Shown: one piece after another, positions 37,299-51,014 of the stretch
Position numbering within the stretch: position 1 is the stretch's first letter
Layout of the letters: each line of letters opens with the position of its first letter
Assembly (NCBI RefSeq): GCF_006345805.1
Contig: NC_043006.1
Span: 24,428,001-24,492,000, forward strand
Length of the DNA stretch: 64,000 nt
Direction of reading: 5' to 3'
DNA from: Octopus sinensis
Taxonomy: Eukaryota
Notes under the pieces: model-generated
Database searches by the model: none
Seen by the model: the letters and a program-made list of their open reading frames with translations, nothing else
What the model was told of the DNA's origin: nothing
Made by a program: the position numbers and the translations under genes

Positions 37299-40200
37299 TT
37301 TTAAATGTATGAAAATGATTATATAATCTTGATTTTAAAATAGAAGTGAAACCTTTGTAAGTGAAGGCATGTAGATTAACATTGCATTTATATACAATGC
37401 TTTTGGTCAAGCATTTATTTCCTAGTGGACATTCAAGTTTCTTACAATTACATAATCTAGTTAATGTCAGAATGGGAATATTTTAGGTTACATAACTCAT
37501 ACTACTATGCAGTACATAACCATAATCAGTAAAATTACTATGTGTGTTAACCATTCCATCATTCATATTACAGTTATTATAAACATCACTCAGTCTCAAG
37601 AGTGTTCTGAAATGATTACACTCATTACTACTATTACTACATTTGTAGTTATTGCCTCAAATATTCACACCGGTATATCTAGTATTATTATTATATAAAT
37701 TTTTAATCTAATGATAGATATACCTTGAACTAGTATAATAGCTAATATCAATGGTAATGCAATTACCAACATTATCATTGTAATTATTATCATTATTATT
37801 AGTACTGCTATTATTATTGTCATTATTGGATCACCTGCTAACTTTACACTATCTTTATTAAATTTATCCTATTTTTTTTGTTTAAGTATGTATAAGTTTA
37901 TTGCTGGCACTGTAATTATGGTTATCTCAGTATTTTAATTGTTATATTATTATCTCTGTACTTTTCCCTGAATTATAATTTGCTGGATCTCCCTTCATTA
38001 AAGCTTATATTCTATTAGTTCTGCAATGATAGGAGCCCTTTAATGAAGAGGAATTAAGTAAACCACTAGAATTTATTGTCTATGTCACTCCTTTCGTGTA
38101 CAAAACAATATAACAAGCTTTTTTTTTAACAATATTGGAAACTGTCTTCTAATATTCTATGTTTTAATAAGAGTCAAATATCATCCTTAGTGCCTGCTAT
38201 CTTGGTATACAAGCCTGTTTTGCCATGGAGAACTGAGGCATACCAAAGTGAAGCATTCCACAATTGTTTGCTAGACAGAATATCAGACATTTACGTAATC
38301 CATTGTCATCACACTGAATACATCAGTGAAGAGAAGTTCACTGTTTTTATGATAATCAGCAACTCCAGTAGTATCCTAAATTACCCAAAGATGAATGGAA
38401 CCTTAAGTATAGTGTAAAAACATGTTATAAAGACAGACAAATGTCTTATCTGGTGGTGGTACAGTTGTTCCATTAGGAGTAGTTATTGTATGAGATTGTG
38501 AGATTGCTGAGTTTTTTTAACTTCTTACTATTCAATGATTTACATTTTTTAATTATTCTATAATTCACAACCTAATTCTGTTCTGCACCCACATGATTGA
38601 CAGATTGCAATCCCACTCACATTACATATCTTAAAAGTTAGTAAATCTGATTTGAAATTTCACTTGTTGATGATCTGTAAATTAATTAGCATGTCACTGC
38701 TAACTGACATATTTGGAAATCTGGTGAGGTGAAAGTTGTATAACATAATCTTATGGATGTTATGCATACTGCATAACTGACTATAACATTGTTTACGTTA
38801 CAATAAACAATGTTCCATTATACCAGTGTTAATGGAAAAAGAAATGCTGAGATACTGAAAAACAGAAGTAGTTTCTGTAGAAGAGTACACCTCCCTTTTC
38901 TCCTTTTTTTATTCTGCAAAACTAATACTACAGCAATGCTAATAATGCTCAGCTAAGACAAAAAAAAAAAAGAAAGAAAGAAAGAGAATTAAATGAGTGC
39001 ATGGCCAAATTCTTAGACGAAAGTTATGAGAAAATTTATCCAGTGTGGTTCACAGATAAAGCTAAATGGATTGTCAACTTAGTGAGAATAATAGCCCTTT
39101 GACCAAAGGTCATGCTAAGTGAATATATGGTGTTAATAGAAGAAAAGAATAGCAAGGCTTGTAAGGATGTAAACTGTAGTAGATGAAAAATACACTTGAA
39201 GAACTTAAAGTTATGAAGTTAATTTGCACACATATGTGCTTAAGTCCAGTCAAGCATAGCTGGCATGATGATAAAGGAAAATAATGTGCTAGAAATTTAG
39301 TAGCTTCACTCCTTTCTTAAGTTTTGTTTATATTGCTAGTAGTAAGTATATAATTGACAGTTCTATCTAGTCAATAAGATAATACAAATGAAATATTACA
39401 TAAATACTTTCATAAAAAATATAATTAGCACCTAGGTTTTCTTTTGCTGTTGAATATCAGATCACTTATAAATAGCATGCTAGCAACAGATTTAACTCTT
39501 TGAGCTGTATATCCATGCAAACATCCAATTAATAACTAATTAATTACATGAGAGTAAGAAGAAAAAAAAGGTATTATCAATCAAAACAACAAGGATCAAT
39601 TATCACGATAGATTCCTGGTAAATTTCAAGCAGAATATTTATTAAACAAATGCTAGAACTATATTCTCTGAAGCAACAAAGAACATCAAACATAATATAT
39701 AATTATCTATTAATAATGAAAGTAATTGAGGTTCATTATACCACTGTCAGGGGGAATGGAGAGCAGGGATAAAAAGAGAATATCCGAATATGGGTTTTTT
39801 TTTTTTTTAATTATTTACAATCTTTCCTGTAGCATGGACAATTTCCACAATTCCACAATGAAAACTTAACCATCTGAAAATTTTAACAGAGTTCTGGTAG
39901 AAATGGTAACAGCTGTGGCATAGTGAAATCAATATTGTCCCCCACACAATCCTCAATAGAGATGGATTAACTGACAACATTTAATGTAATAGGTGTGTCA
40001 TAAAAAAGACAAATTACAAGGATAGGAAAACAAAATCTGCCTGAGGAAAGAAATGTAAAGATTTCATATATTGATATGTTTTTAATGCAACCTGTTGTTA
40101 AAACTATGGTGGAGATCATTCAGTACAATGGCTGCAGAACCTAGCCATTTGTGAAATAGAACATGATATTGTCACCAACTGTCATAATGTTACATATTTT

Positions 40201-42234
40201 CAGATTTTACAAACTTTTAGGATATGCAAGCCATATTTTTTTTAATGACAGAGAATATAATATTGAATTAATAATGACTCTAGGCATCTTGTGAAGGTGC
40301 ATGGGTTAGTAGCTACAGAGTTGAGTAACCAGCTGCAAGATGCTATATTCTTTAACAAAACACTTCGTTTCACATAGCTCCAGTCAACTCAGCTATAAAA
40401 GAGTACCAACAACAGCTAGCAGTTAACCCTGCAAACGGTTAATATACCATCAAGAAAGAAATGCTGTACTTTTGACTCTTTGTACATCATGAAGATGTTC
40501 AAACAGTCAAAAGTACATGACAGACCTACAACCTTGGTATGTTGCAAATGAAGCAAGGATGCAATTGAACAGTGTACCAATGCTTTCACTGGGCTTTACA
40601 GTAAGATTTTAGCCTAGTACAGCAAGCAAATGAAACAGGTGTTGGTTACAGAGCTCTTCATTTTATGCTACATACAATGAGGTAGAGGTGAATCAGCAGA
40701 TGTTGAGATAACACTTCAGTTTGAGCTTTTAAACTTTTATATGGATGTAGCCATGGTTGTATAATTACCAAATGCAATTTGCAACCACATTCTTGTGGGT
40801 TGAATTTTACTGCTCAGCACCTTGGGCAAGAGTTGTCTACTATTGTTTTGGATTGATCATTACCTTGTGAGAAGAAATTTGTAGACAGAAATTTGAAGTT
40901 TATAATATGTGCAAATGCATCTTTCATAAAAAGATGTAAACAACAGCAAGAATACTGATAAGGTGGCATTTTCAAGCCATACACAGTGTTGTTCTGTCCT
41001 GGTGGAGTAGATAGATACTCCTTTGTCACTGTTGCCATCATAAGTGCAGTGAATCAATGATTGACCTCTCAGATGCCTATAGCTAATAACAAACTTGTTT
41101 ACATTTTTAAAAATATCTTAGTCAGGAGGAAAGGCAATGTCCATGACCCTTCACATGCCCTCTGAGATTGATGGGGGGAAGGGAGGTATGTAGGAAGGTA
41201 TTCTTATACTGGAGACATACTTTGAATGTTCACAACAGAGTGGACTTAAGGTACCCAAAGTATCAAGTGATGGTGTTAAACCAGATGATGCATTAAGTTT
41301 ATCATCCAACTTGGTCACTCCAGGATTTTAAATCAAAATGCACAGAGCCAAGACAACTACACCAAAGCATTTGGTCTGATGTTCTTAGTTTCACCAACTC
41401 ACCTCTCTGTACTGGCATTTATTTTTATCAACCCTGAAACTTTGACAGGCAAAATGTGGATTTGAACTCAAAGAGCACAAAATAGAACAAATACTGTAAG
41501 GTACTCAACTCAATCTGATACGCTGTGACATAAATTTAATAAAATATATTGTCTTCAATTTCTTTCCTAATAGTCTCTACCTTTCATTTGTCAAGGCATC
41601 TTTTTATCTTTAGTAGCTGCACTTGTCATTGAATTTATTCTATTTATTCCATTTAATTTTATATTTAACATTTTCAAAAGCTTTAAAATTTTTAATACCT
41701 CAACTCAAGTACCCAGTTACTTATTTTCACAGCCAGACAAATTTCATTTTTCTTTAAATTTAAATATTAATCACAAATAAAAAATATTTTTGCTAAATTA
41801 TTTGGTTGTTATTTGAAAACTGACTGTGACAACTGCAAAGTGTATTTTATGTAATATATTTCACAGACTAATCCAACTGTTTTCTTTTCTGAAAGTTAGT
41901 GCCACCACAATAGAATGTGGATTAAAGGTGCATTATGATGGTGCACACTGTCATATTTATAGATCAGATGTTAGTTATAATGTTGAAATACCATTAGTAT
42001 TTTGAATTCTGGTTGAAAAATTCCTGTCAGCAGGAAACCTTGGGCACTAGAGAAGTAACAAATATTCTATTAACAAGTATTGTTTATTCCATCTTTCTAG
42101 TGTTTAGCATGCATTCTGCCACTAACAGCCATTACTAATGAGTGTGTGTATGCGTGCATGCATGTGAGATAGGTCGAACCATTTGTAGTGATCAACAAAG
42201 ATTCCCATATCTTCCATATCCCTCATTAATCAAA

Positions 42235-42420
42235 TATCATCATCATTTAACATTCATTGTCCATGCTGGCATGGGTTGGACGGTTTGACCAGAGCCAGTA
42301 AGCTGAGGGGCTGCAACAGACTCCAGTCGGATGTGGCATGGTTTCTACAGCTGGATGCCCTTCCTAATGCCAACCACTCTGAGAGTGTAATGGGTGCTTT
42401 TACATTCCACTAGCATGGGT
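42235..42420 (-). mobile_element. (GAT)n-tailed SINE-like repeat, 3' part
   Basis: catcatcatttaacattc..tccatgctggcatgggttggacggttt..ttctacagctggatgcccttcctaatgccaaccactc. Confidence 0.75.
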
Positions 42421-42599
42421 ACTAGTTATGTTGACATCAGTACTTCCCACAACTACGATTCCACCCAGCTTGATGGGTATAAAAATATTTTAGTTTCTAA
42501 TATGTTTTATAACCTTATCAGTAATTGTATGACTGTACAAATTTTTACAACACTAACTTCAACTCATTTGCTATGCTTTTTTCGCAAAACTGTATAAGC

Positions 42600-42875
42600 T
42601 CTTACCTCTACTGGTGACAAAGAACTTCTTGCTCAGAGTGAAAGGTAGATTGTATGATGCTTGTGTGTGATGTGCCATGCTACATGGCAATGAAACATGG
42701 GCTCTGACTGCTGAAGACATGCATAGGCTTGAAAGAAATGAAGCTAGTATGATCTGCTAGATGTGTAATGTCAGCGTGCACACACGAAAGAGTGTAAGCG
42801 CCCTGAGAGAAATGTTGGTCATAAGAAGCATCAGATGTGGTGTGCATGAGAGATGACTGTGCTGGTATGGCAGAG
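42600..42875 (+). mobile_element. RTE LINE C-terminal fragment
   Basis: LPLLVTKNFLLRVKGRLYDACV..AMLHGNETWALTAEDMHRLERNEASMI. Confidence 0.85.
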
Positions 42876-43388
42876 CTACATATTACATAGTAATATGTGA
42901 GTTGACCTGCACAGCAGACAAATATATCGATGAGCCTCGCTTCGATACAGAAGCCTTGTTCTGAGATGAGACATTAACCTCGTTCTGAGCTACACTGTAG
43001 AAAACTCAGTTACTGCCAGGCTACAGTCAAAGCCATGTCTTCTCTGCAGCTCCACACGCACACTCCCACGGGCGACTCACATATCTGTTCACCTCAACAC
43101 AAGATATATGGTTCATAGATGAAGATATTTTATCATACACACATTCTCAAAATGACTGTTCTCATTGCACACATGCATACATACTGTAATACAACTATTA
43201 TATGTTACTTCTTTCAGTGCAAAAGCAAAAATCAAAACTTTCTTTGTATGTAAACACACATGTTTTGTATCAAAATACTTGCTTCCACCACAAAAGGTGA
43301 ACACAGAATAAACAATATATTTATACACAAAAATGTCTTAGGGTGATTCATACTAACTGTTTTTCCATTTATATATTTCCAATACCCA

Positions 43389-43437
<49 letters not shown>

Positions 43438-43535
43438 GACAGTGTTGTTAATAGGCCGTTATGTAGGCATGTGTGTGCATGTAAATATATGTATATATAT
43501 ATATATACACACACACACATAAATAAATACATACA

Positions 43536-43892
43536 TACATTATTTACATTTAATGGATATTTGTCCTCATCTTGTTTGTTGTTAACACGTTTCAGCTGAT
43601 ATACCCTCCACCTTTATCAGGTATCTTGGGGAAATTTCGAACCTGGGTTCTCATTCCTAAGGTATTTTTTGTATGTTATTAATATTATTATTATTATTAT
43701 TCAGACACTGCCTGGAATCGAACTCGGAATCTTGGGGTTAAGAGCGCAGGCGACTAACCCCAAGATTCCGAGTTTGATTCCAGGCAATGACCTGAATAAT
43801 AATAATAATAACAACAACAACAACAACAACAACATTGAAAAAATACCTTAGGAATGAGAATCCAGGTTTGAAATTTCTCTAAGACATCTGCT
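43536..43892. mobile_element. Head-to-head fold-back of a tRNA-headed SINE whose tail carries a degenerate minimal hammerhead
   Basis: Minus copy 43536-43740 (tail to B box) joins plus copy 43741-43892 (B box to the start of the HHR) at a GGTTA microhomology. Minus HHR at 43583-43625: GATAC-CTGATAA-A-GGTG..CAGCT-GAAAC-GTGTT. Confidence 0.8.
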
Positions 43893-45599
43893 GTTTACTA
43901 ACACTGATCAAATGAAGGAAACCTTTTTAAATATCTACAATTAAATGTGACCAGCAGATTGGTATTTGAAGTTTTCATATCAAATGGCTTTTCATCAAAA
44001 TGTCAGTGAATATATAAGTGCTATAAATCTAAAACAGCTCAAGATATTCTTGCTTAATATAAGAGCTATGTAACATTTGTATTTACTATTTAGCTCCACC
44101 GTATTTCTCCGATATCGCCCCCACCACTCAAAACCACTTCTGTGCTCTATTCCATATTAATCTTTACAGAATGGCAAAGGTTAACTGAATATTATTACAT
44201 CAACAAAATTTTATGTCACCTTTGGAGGTTGGAGCTGCTATTTTTTGTCTTATTTGATCAGGCATAGTTTGAGCTCATTTTAGATATCCCTCATTAGTTG
44301 CCTCCATAAAGAAAAGAACAAAAGAGGGCATCACAGATGCCACAAAAGCTTTCAAGGTTGCTTCTTTTTAGTACATAACCCTCCCCCATCCCTTCTCACA
44401 ATCCAATAAGTTCTGCCTTAGTAGGCCTACAGCACATTTGTTTGGATTCAATTGCCATTGTTTGATATACCTTCAAGCTGTGATCATTCAATCCAATGTG
44501 TGTTAATGTTCTTGATTTTGAAATATATATATTGTTAACCTATTGAAATGTATTTTTTGCAAGGCTGATGTAATTATTTAGTAGACAAATCACTATTTTC
44601 CAAGATTTGGGGGTGTTTAAGTATACATTATGGCAGTGAAAATTGCTAACCCTGCACAAAATATCTGGCAAGCTTGGGACTGGAAGTGGTCAGGATTTCT
44701 AGATTTTCCAGTTTTCTGGAGATTAGCTAAATATATACTAAAAACAAACAATGAAAAATAAAGTAAAATGCATTTAACAGATTCAAATCAATACACTTCT
44801 AAATCAGGAGCTGTTTGATAATTGTTTATCCACTTAAAATTCTTAAGGTATATCATATTGTATCATACATACAGCCAAGTGTTTATAGGATGAAAATTAA
44901 AAACAAAAGAACATGATTTTATTTAACAGATACTGGTACAAAATACACTTTTAAAGCAGAGTATGCTTAATCTTTATCAATACACATAAAAATATATTTA
45001 GAAAAACAAACTATTTTTAACATATTGTCTGCTTATTAACTAACACAAAAAAGAGGGTCTGTTTACTCAAAACAGAATGTAGTATATTGCATGATATTGC
45101 ACACTATTCCCATATTTCTGGGAGTTGGATAAAAGGTCCATTACTGTCTGTTAGAAACAGGATTTTCTCACATCAAAAGGCTTCCTGTATACTCACCAAT
45201 GATGTCACCAAGTTGACATCATAAAACCCCTAGGCATGAGGAAGTAATCCCATTTAGTAATACACAATTATAATAGATTCTACATACATTGAACACACAG
45301 TGTATGAAATACTGTTTTTGTATAACAAAAGACAGTCAGATAGGGCGTGAGTGTGTGTGTTCTCCCTTTAATTTAGAAAAAATTTTGCTTGGGAGGCTTT
45401 GTTTATCATCCTTTGTATCTCAAGGTCTTGCAAATTTTTGTAGCCCCAGATATTGCAACCATTTGCAATTGAGAATGTATGTATACACCCCCTCAACACA
45501 CACAGAACAATCAATTCACACGCACACACACACATATATATATAATGTATATATATGTGTGTGTGTGTGTGTGTAAATATATGTAAATATATATATATA

Positions 45600-46130
45600 T
45601 ACCTCTGCGAAGTAATTTTATTTAATCTCTTCGCAGGAAGGGCTAGTTCGACGAGTCGTGTTCTGTCCGCACCTTCGAAACACGCTGGAGTTGAACTAGG
45701 GACAGCTGATGAAGGGGATTTTTCCTTGTGTAGTTTGTCTTGTACACAGTTCTTTCGTTGTTAAAAAAAAAGGTCCATTCCATGCTTGTTTTTTCATTTT
45801 CATTTCTCGTTATGTTCTACGCCTAATTGTGGTGTCCTGTACTCACGTATATATATTTATATATGCATGTATATATACATGTAGATGTAGGTACGTACAT
45901 ACATGTATGTATGTATGCATATATTTTATTTTTTACACTATTGTATGACTGGGCGCTCTCGCGTCGATTCGATTCGTTTCGTTTCGTTTCTCCTTCTCCA
46001 ACTACAGTTTTTATAAATATATATATATACTATGAAATATTCTGCAAGTATATACATTCACTTTTTTGTGTATAATAACATTGGATTCTATAATTGAAAA
46101 TAATAATAATAATTGCTGGAACTTCAGACA
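45600..46130 (+). mobile_element. CpG-rich interspersed repeat carrying a rearranged hammerhead-like motif (probably Penelope-related)
   Basis: CpG-rich island in an AT-rich background, with CTGATGA, CGAAAC and several complementary segments. No ORF. The PLE link is inferred from the HHR core only. Confidence 0.5.
45657..45717 (+). ncRNA. Candidate non-circularly permuted hammerhead ribozyme
   Basis: CGTGT-T-CTGTCC (45657-45668), CCTTC-GAA-ACACG (45672-45684), GGACAG-CTGATGA-AGGGG (45700-45717). All three strands pair in register around a GUU site but occur in reversed order. Confidence 0.55.
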
Positions 46131-47019
46131 CAATGGTTATTGATTTAATTAAATCATCCATTCCTTCCAGTACTTGACTGGTGCTTCATTTCAACTTCAG
46201 AGGCATAAAAAGCAAAGTTGGCCAGAATGTGATTTAAACTCAAAATGTAAAAAAGCTTGTATGCTGCAAAGCATTTTTGTGGAGCTCTAATAATTCTGCA
46301 AATACACCTCTCTGAAAATTATGATCCTTTCTCCTATAGGAACAAAGCCTGAAATTCCATTGGGGCTAGTCAATCAAACTGACCTTGAAAGGATGAAAAG
46401 TAAAGTTGACCTCAACAAAATTTGAGATCAGAATATAGATGGATAAATACTGCTAAGCACTTTGCCCAGTGCAGTAGTGATTCTGATAGCTTGCAGCCTT
46501 GATAATAATGATTACTTAGGAGATAACAATGTATGGCATAAAGGACAATTGGAAGTCCTTATGGGACAACCTACTGAGAGTAGTAAACTAAGTCTGTGTG
46601 GCTGAAGCAAAGTCCTGGCCAGACTGAAGGTGACATGGTAGTGGAACAAGGAAGAATGTAAAATTATAAAATGAAAAGACAGGCTTGGAAACTTTGTTCT
46701 TATAGCAGAATCTGTAGTAGAATTAGCAATTAAATTCCAGGCATGCAAGAGAAAACCTGCACTCAAAGGGCCTTAAAGTTAACTTAGCAAATATCAAAGT
46801 TGTAGCAAGCAAGAAAACAAGTGACTCCATTCCTTTCAGGTAAATAGTCCTGCTTGATATATAGGAAGAATGTAAGCAGGAATTCCATATGGTGCAAGCT
46901 AAGGACATACAAGAGGTGCAATTGAATTGTAGGAAGGTTAACAGATGAAGTAGTCTTTGTAGGTGGAAGATTCAAAGGAAAAACAAACATTAAGAATACA
47001 TGGGAAATCAATTTACTTA

Positions 47020-47520
47020 AATGCCCAAGAGGTTTCTTAGAGGTAGTAGATAGTTTCTATTACCTAGGTGGCCAAATTAGCAGAGGAAGAGGATGTTCTG
47101 AAGGTATAGTTGCTGGAATAAGAATAGGATGGGGAAAGTCTTGAGAGCTATTACCTCTGAGGTCTCTCTCTGTTAGAGTAAAAGACAGATTGATTATGCT
47201 TGTGTGTAAATGGCAATGCTAGATGGGAAAAAGTTGTGGCTTGCAAAATCTAGAAACCAGAATGCTCCTTTGGATGTGCAATGTCAGTGTGTATGTATGG
47301 TAAAGCAAAAAAGTGTTGAGAGAAAAATTAGACACAAGAAGAATCAGATGTAGTGTGCAATAGAGAATACAGAGAGGGTTTGGTTATGCGATGCATATGA
47401 ATGAGAACAGCTATATAAAGAGGTGCTGGTTGCTTAAAGTGGATGGAACTTGTGGAAGACATAGGATGAAGTAGCGAAGATGTTGAGCTTCATGAAGATG
47501 ACAAATGACTGAGATGATTG
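47020..47520 (+). mobile_element. Highly decayed RTE LINE C-terminal fragment
   Basis: VVDSFYYLGGQISRGRGCSEGIVAGIRIGWGK, followed by many stops. Confidence 0.75.
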
Positions 47521-48499
47521 CCAATTCACTCTGTTAGACAAAACCTATCCATCATGGTGAAAGCAAGGCTCTAAAGTAATATGCTTATGCCTGTGCATAC
47601 TGGGTCCTGTACCTATTCTGCCCATGTCAAGAAATCCTCCATATCTCTTATTCCTAATACCTATCCCCTCATCCCTCTTCCAAATACAGTACTACTCAGG
47701 ATGTCCAAATTGCCCTCCTCATGAAGCAAGCCCAGTGGGGTTGCCAGTTTAGTCACTGATGACCCAAACATGAGAGAAGTTGTATGGCTTACATGTTACC
47801 AGTTGCACGTGAGAGTGACCTGACATTACACAAATATTTTTCCCTCTATATGCAATATGGTATCAATTAGGAACACTAAATATTGAAATTTTTCATTTGT
47901 TAATCCATCCAAAACATGTAGAGACTGTGTTAGGCAGATGAGATAAATACAGTTGATGCAGGTTAATGTCCGCAAGAAAAATAGGTAAAAAAGGAATCAA
48001 GAATTTGATCTGTATATTTTGTTTCCACTTGTGAGAGCTAGCTTGCTAGCAACAGAGAGAGAGGTGGGGAGCTCAGATAAAGGCTTTGGATACATCTTAA
48101 AATGATTCACTCAGTTGTTTTTTCTGAATTGCACAGTACAACACTGGCATTTAAGTGGATATCAGTATAACTTAGTAGATTCATGAAATCAAAACTTGTT
48201 TACATGGTTTTAGACTAATGAGGTATAAAAAACAAATTTTAAAAAAAAATACAGAAATATAATCACTTCTTGAACAACATTTACTTATTTTATTTTATTA
48301 TCTCAGTTATATAACTGAAGTTTTGGGCTTTAATAACTGTCAAATGTGATAAGATATGAAAATTATACATCATTATAAAAGCTTAGCGTATCCTCTTTTT
48401 GTTACAGACTAAATAAATTCAGATTTATAACTTACGTAATGACTATAGACTGAAATACAATCATAACCCCCCCCCCCCACACACACACACACATACATA

Positions 48500-49425
48500 C
48501 ATACATACACAAATGAGGTGAAAGTAATACAGCTATAGATGTATTAACTGAACAACAGTTTAGAAATTTCAAGAGATGGGTTCCGCTGCTGATCAACCTG
48601 GGTGTGGCTGAAAAAGAAGTGTGCAGACACCTCAGCTTATCAAAAGTACCAGAGAAAAGATACAATGAAATCCTCATTGTTCTGTCAGAAAACTGGCTAC
48701 CACAGTAAAAATAAGCCGAACATTGACGTATTGCGTGCTAGAAGAGGATCTCAGGACCCACCCCTACAAGATGATCTGCCGTCATGAGCCCATGAGACTG
48801 GAGAGAAGTTGTCTTGTCCTGTGTCAGATTACTGAAGGCACGCTGCCCAACCTCGTGTTCACTGATGTAAAGAAATTTGACATTGAACAGATAGTAAACC
48901 ACCAGAATGACTGACTCTGGGGTAGGCTTGTAAATCGACATTAAAATCCACAGTCAGTTATGGTTTGGGCAGCTGTAACAGCCACTCGAGGGTCTCCCCT
49001 CATTTTTGTGTCCTTGGGTGCTAAAACTAACACCTAGTGATACATCAGCGACATTCTAGAAGCTCAGCTGCTTCTATAAATAAATGAGCATTTTCAAGGC
49101 GCAACTTGGTGCCTCCAGCAGGACTCAGCACCATCCCACAGCTCCAAACAGACACAACACTGGGTTCAGAAAAACATTATCGTTCATAGGCAAAGATGTA
49201 TAACCCTCAAAGAGCTCCAATCTCAACTTGTTGGATTTTTCTGATTGGTCTATTTTGGAGACAAGGGTCTTGAACACTCCTCATGCTTTGCTCAATGCTC
49301 TGAAGGCAAAACTGTGCCAGGAATGGGCTTCGATTCCACAACAACAGCTGCATGCTATATGTGAAGCATTTGCACCTTGACTTAAGACTGTAATTCGAGA
49401 GAGAGGTGGTCATATCGAATAAATG
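48500..49425 (+). mobile_element. Decayed Tc1/mariner transposase, maT (DD37D)-like
   Basis: LVFTDVKKFDIEQIVNHQND, SVMVWAAV, WCLQQDSAPSHSS, NLNLLDFSDWSILE, EWASIPQQQL..IRERGGHIE*, with frameshifts. The family call rests on motif resemblance. Confidence 0.8.
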
Positions 49426-51014
49426 CCACAGTGTCATAATTGCATTTCCTTTACCATTGCACTGCAACACGTGGACATGAGATATAACAATATTTTGTTT
49501 TGGCAAAATTGAATATAGACATATTTATGCATTTGTTTTGCAAGATGCCTAATGTGAAACTATATGTAAGAATTGCTATGCTAATCCTATAGCTTCCTTC
49601 CAACATGGGGACAAAAACAAAGCTACTAAGTTGGCTAGCCACATATAGAGTTTCAAATTTAATGCAACACCACTAGCATCGGTGACGTCTATATCTCTCT
49701 CTATGTATATCTCTCTATCCATCTCTATCAGTCACTCTGTATCTATCACTCTATATCTTATTTCTCTAACTAGCTATCTCTCTCTCACTCACTCACTATT
49801 GTTTTCACTTTCACTTTTCAGACGCTACTGTTTTCACTATCAGTTCTCAATCGCTATTTACAAACAACAACAGAAAGAAGTTCACAATTACTGATGAAAG
49901 TAATTTCATACCTAATTTACCGACAGAAGTAACTTCAAAAATTTAAATCCATACAATTAGTGAATCTCCCTAAAAATTTCTTATTTACTTTTGCAATGGC
50001 TTTGTGTACAGGGTGTTTTGGACAGTTAACTATAGAAATATGGCATAACTATATTCTGTTGTTTGATACAAATAATATGTGAAAGTGAGAAATCCATATT
50101 AATTTTCAGTATGCTACACACCTGTAACCACCTTTTTTGCACCTGTTAATGAGCTCTTTTTCTTAGATGCATTCTGTTTGTAAATGTATTCATTAAACTG
50201 TATAAGATTACATAGCCAATGGTATATTGACAAGTAAAAGAGTTTGTACTTTATTTTCAATGAAATTTAGAGAAAAAATAAAATCTTGTGCCAATTATAC
50301 CTGTATTCTAATTAATTCAAATTAATATACCTTATCTTGAAAAGTGGTAAAATTGTTGGCAGTTGACATCTGGGATAATTTTAATAACAAATCAAACATG
50401 TAAGATGCATTAAGAATTTAAATTTTAGTGTTTATCCATGTTATTGCTTTTACATCTGTTAATTAAATTCACCTATCCATAAAAGTCAAATCTAATCAGC
50501 AAGATCAGCTAAAATTACATAACTATAAACCACTGGCATATAAGCACCCACTGACAAAATTTCAAATCTGTATTAACAATTAACAAAGTTACAAGCAAAT
50601 ATTGCGGACATCCCACTTGAACCTGTATAATTCAAAATAATGTGAACAAATAAGCACTGAATTTGACAGATTAATCTGAACACTTAAAGTTCATATGATG
50701 AATAATGGACAACAGACAATTGATCATGCTCAGAAAAGAAAACCTATCATGGCTGGAGTGGAGAGTGGGTGGTGGGTCATCATTGAAATATCAGAGTATA
50801 AAATATTGCTTATGTACGCTGAGAAAGGTTTCATCTTTAATATTTGAAATATTAGCTTTTGAGTGGATGATGCTTAGCTAAACTACATCCAATCAAAAGT
50901 TAACTGCTACTTATTTATTGACCCTGAGAGGATGAAAGGCAAAGTCGACACCAGTGGACGAAATGCTGCTAATAATTCTGCCAGCTTGATACCTTATAAA
51001 TACCAATAATATAA

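Noticed and set aside
48436-48449. 14-nt minus-strand microexon (tttcag|TCTATAGTCATTAC|gtaagt)
   Set aside because: The length is not a multiple of three, the pyrimidine tract is short and the exonic donor bases are weak. It cannot be supported without reads.
49893-49945. CTGATGA as a further hammerhead core (likewise 10424, 31045, 37129, 47756 and 58764)
   Set aside because: None has a stem II followed by GAAA, or a stem I partner with an NUH site in register.
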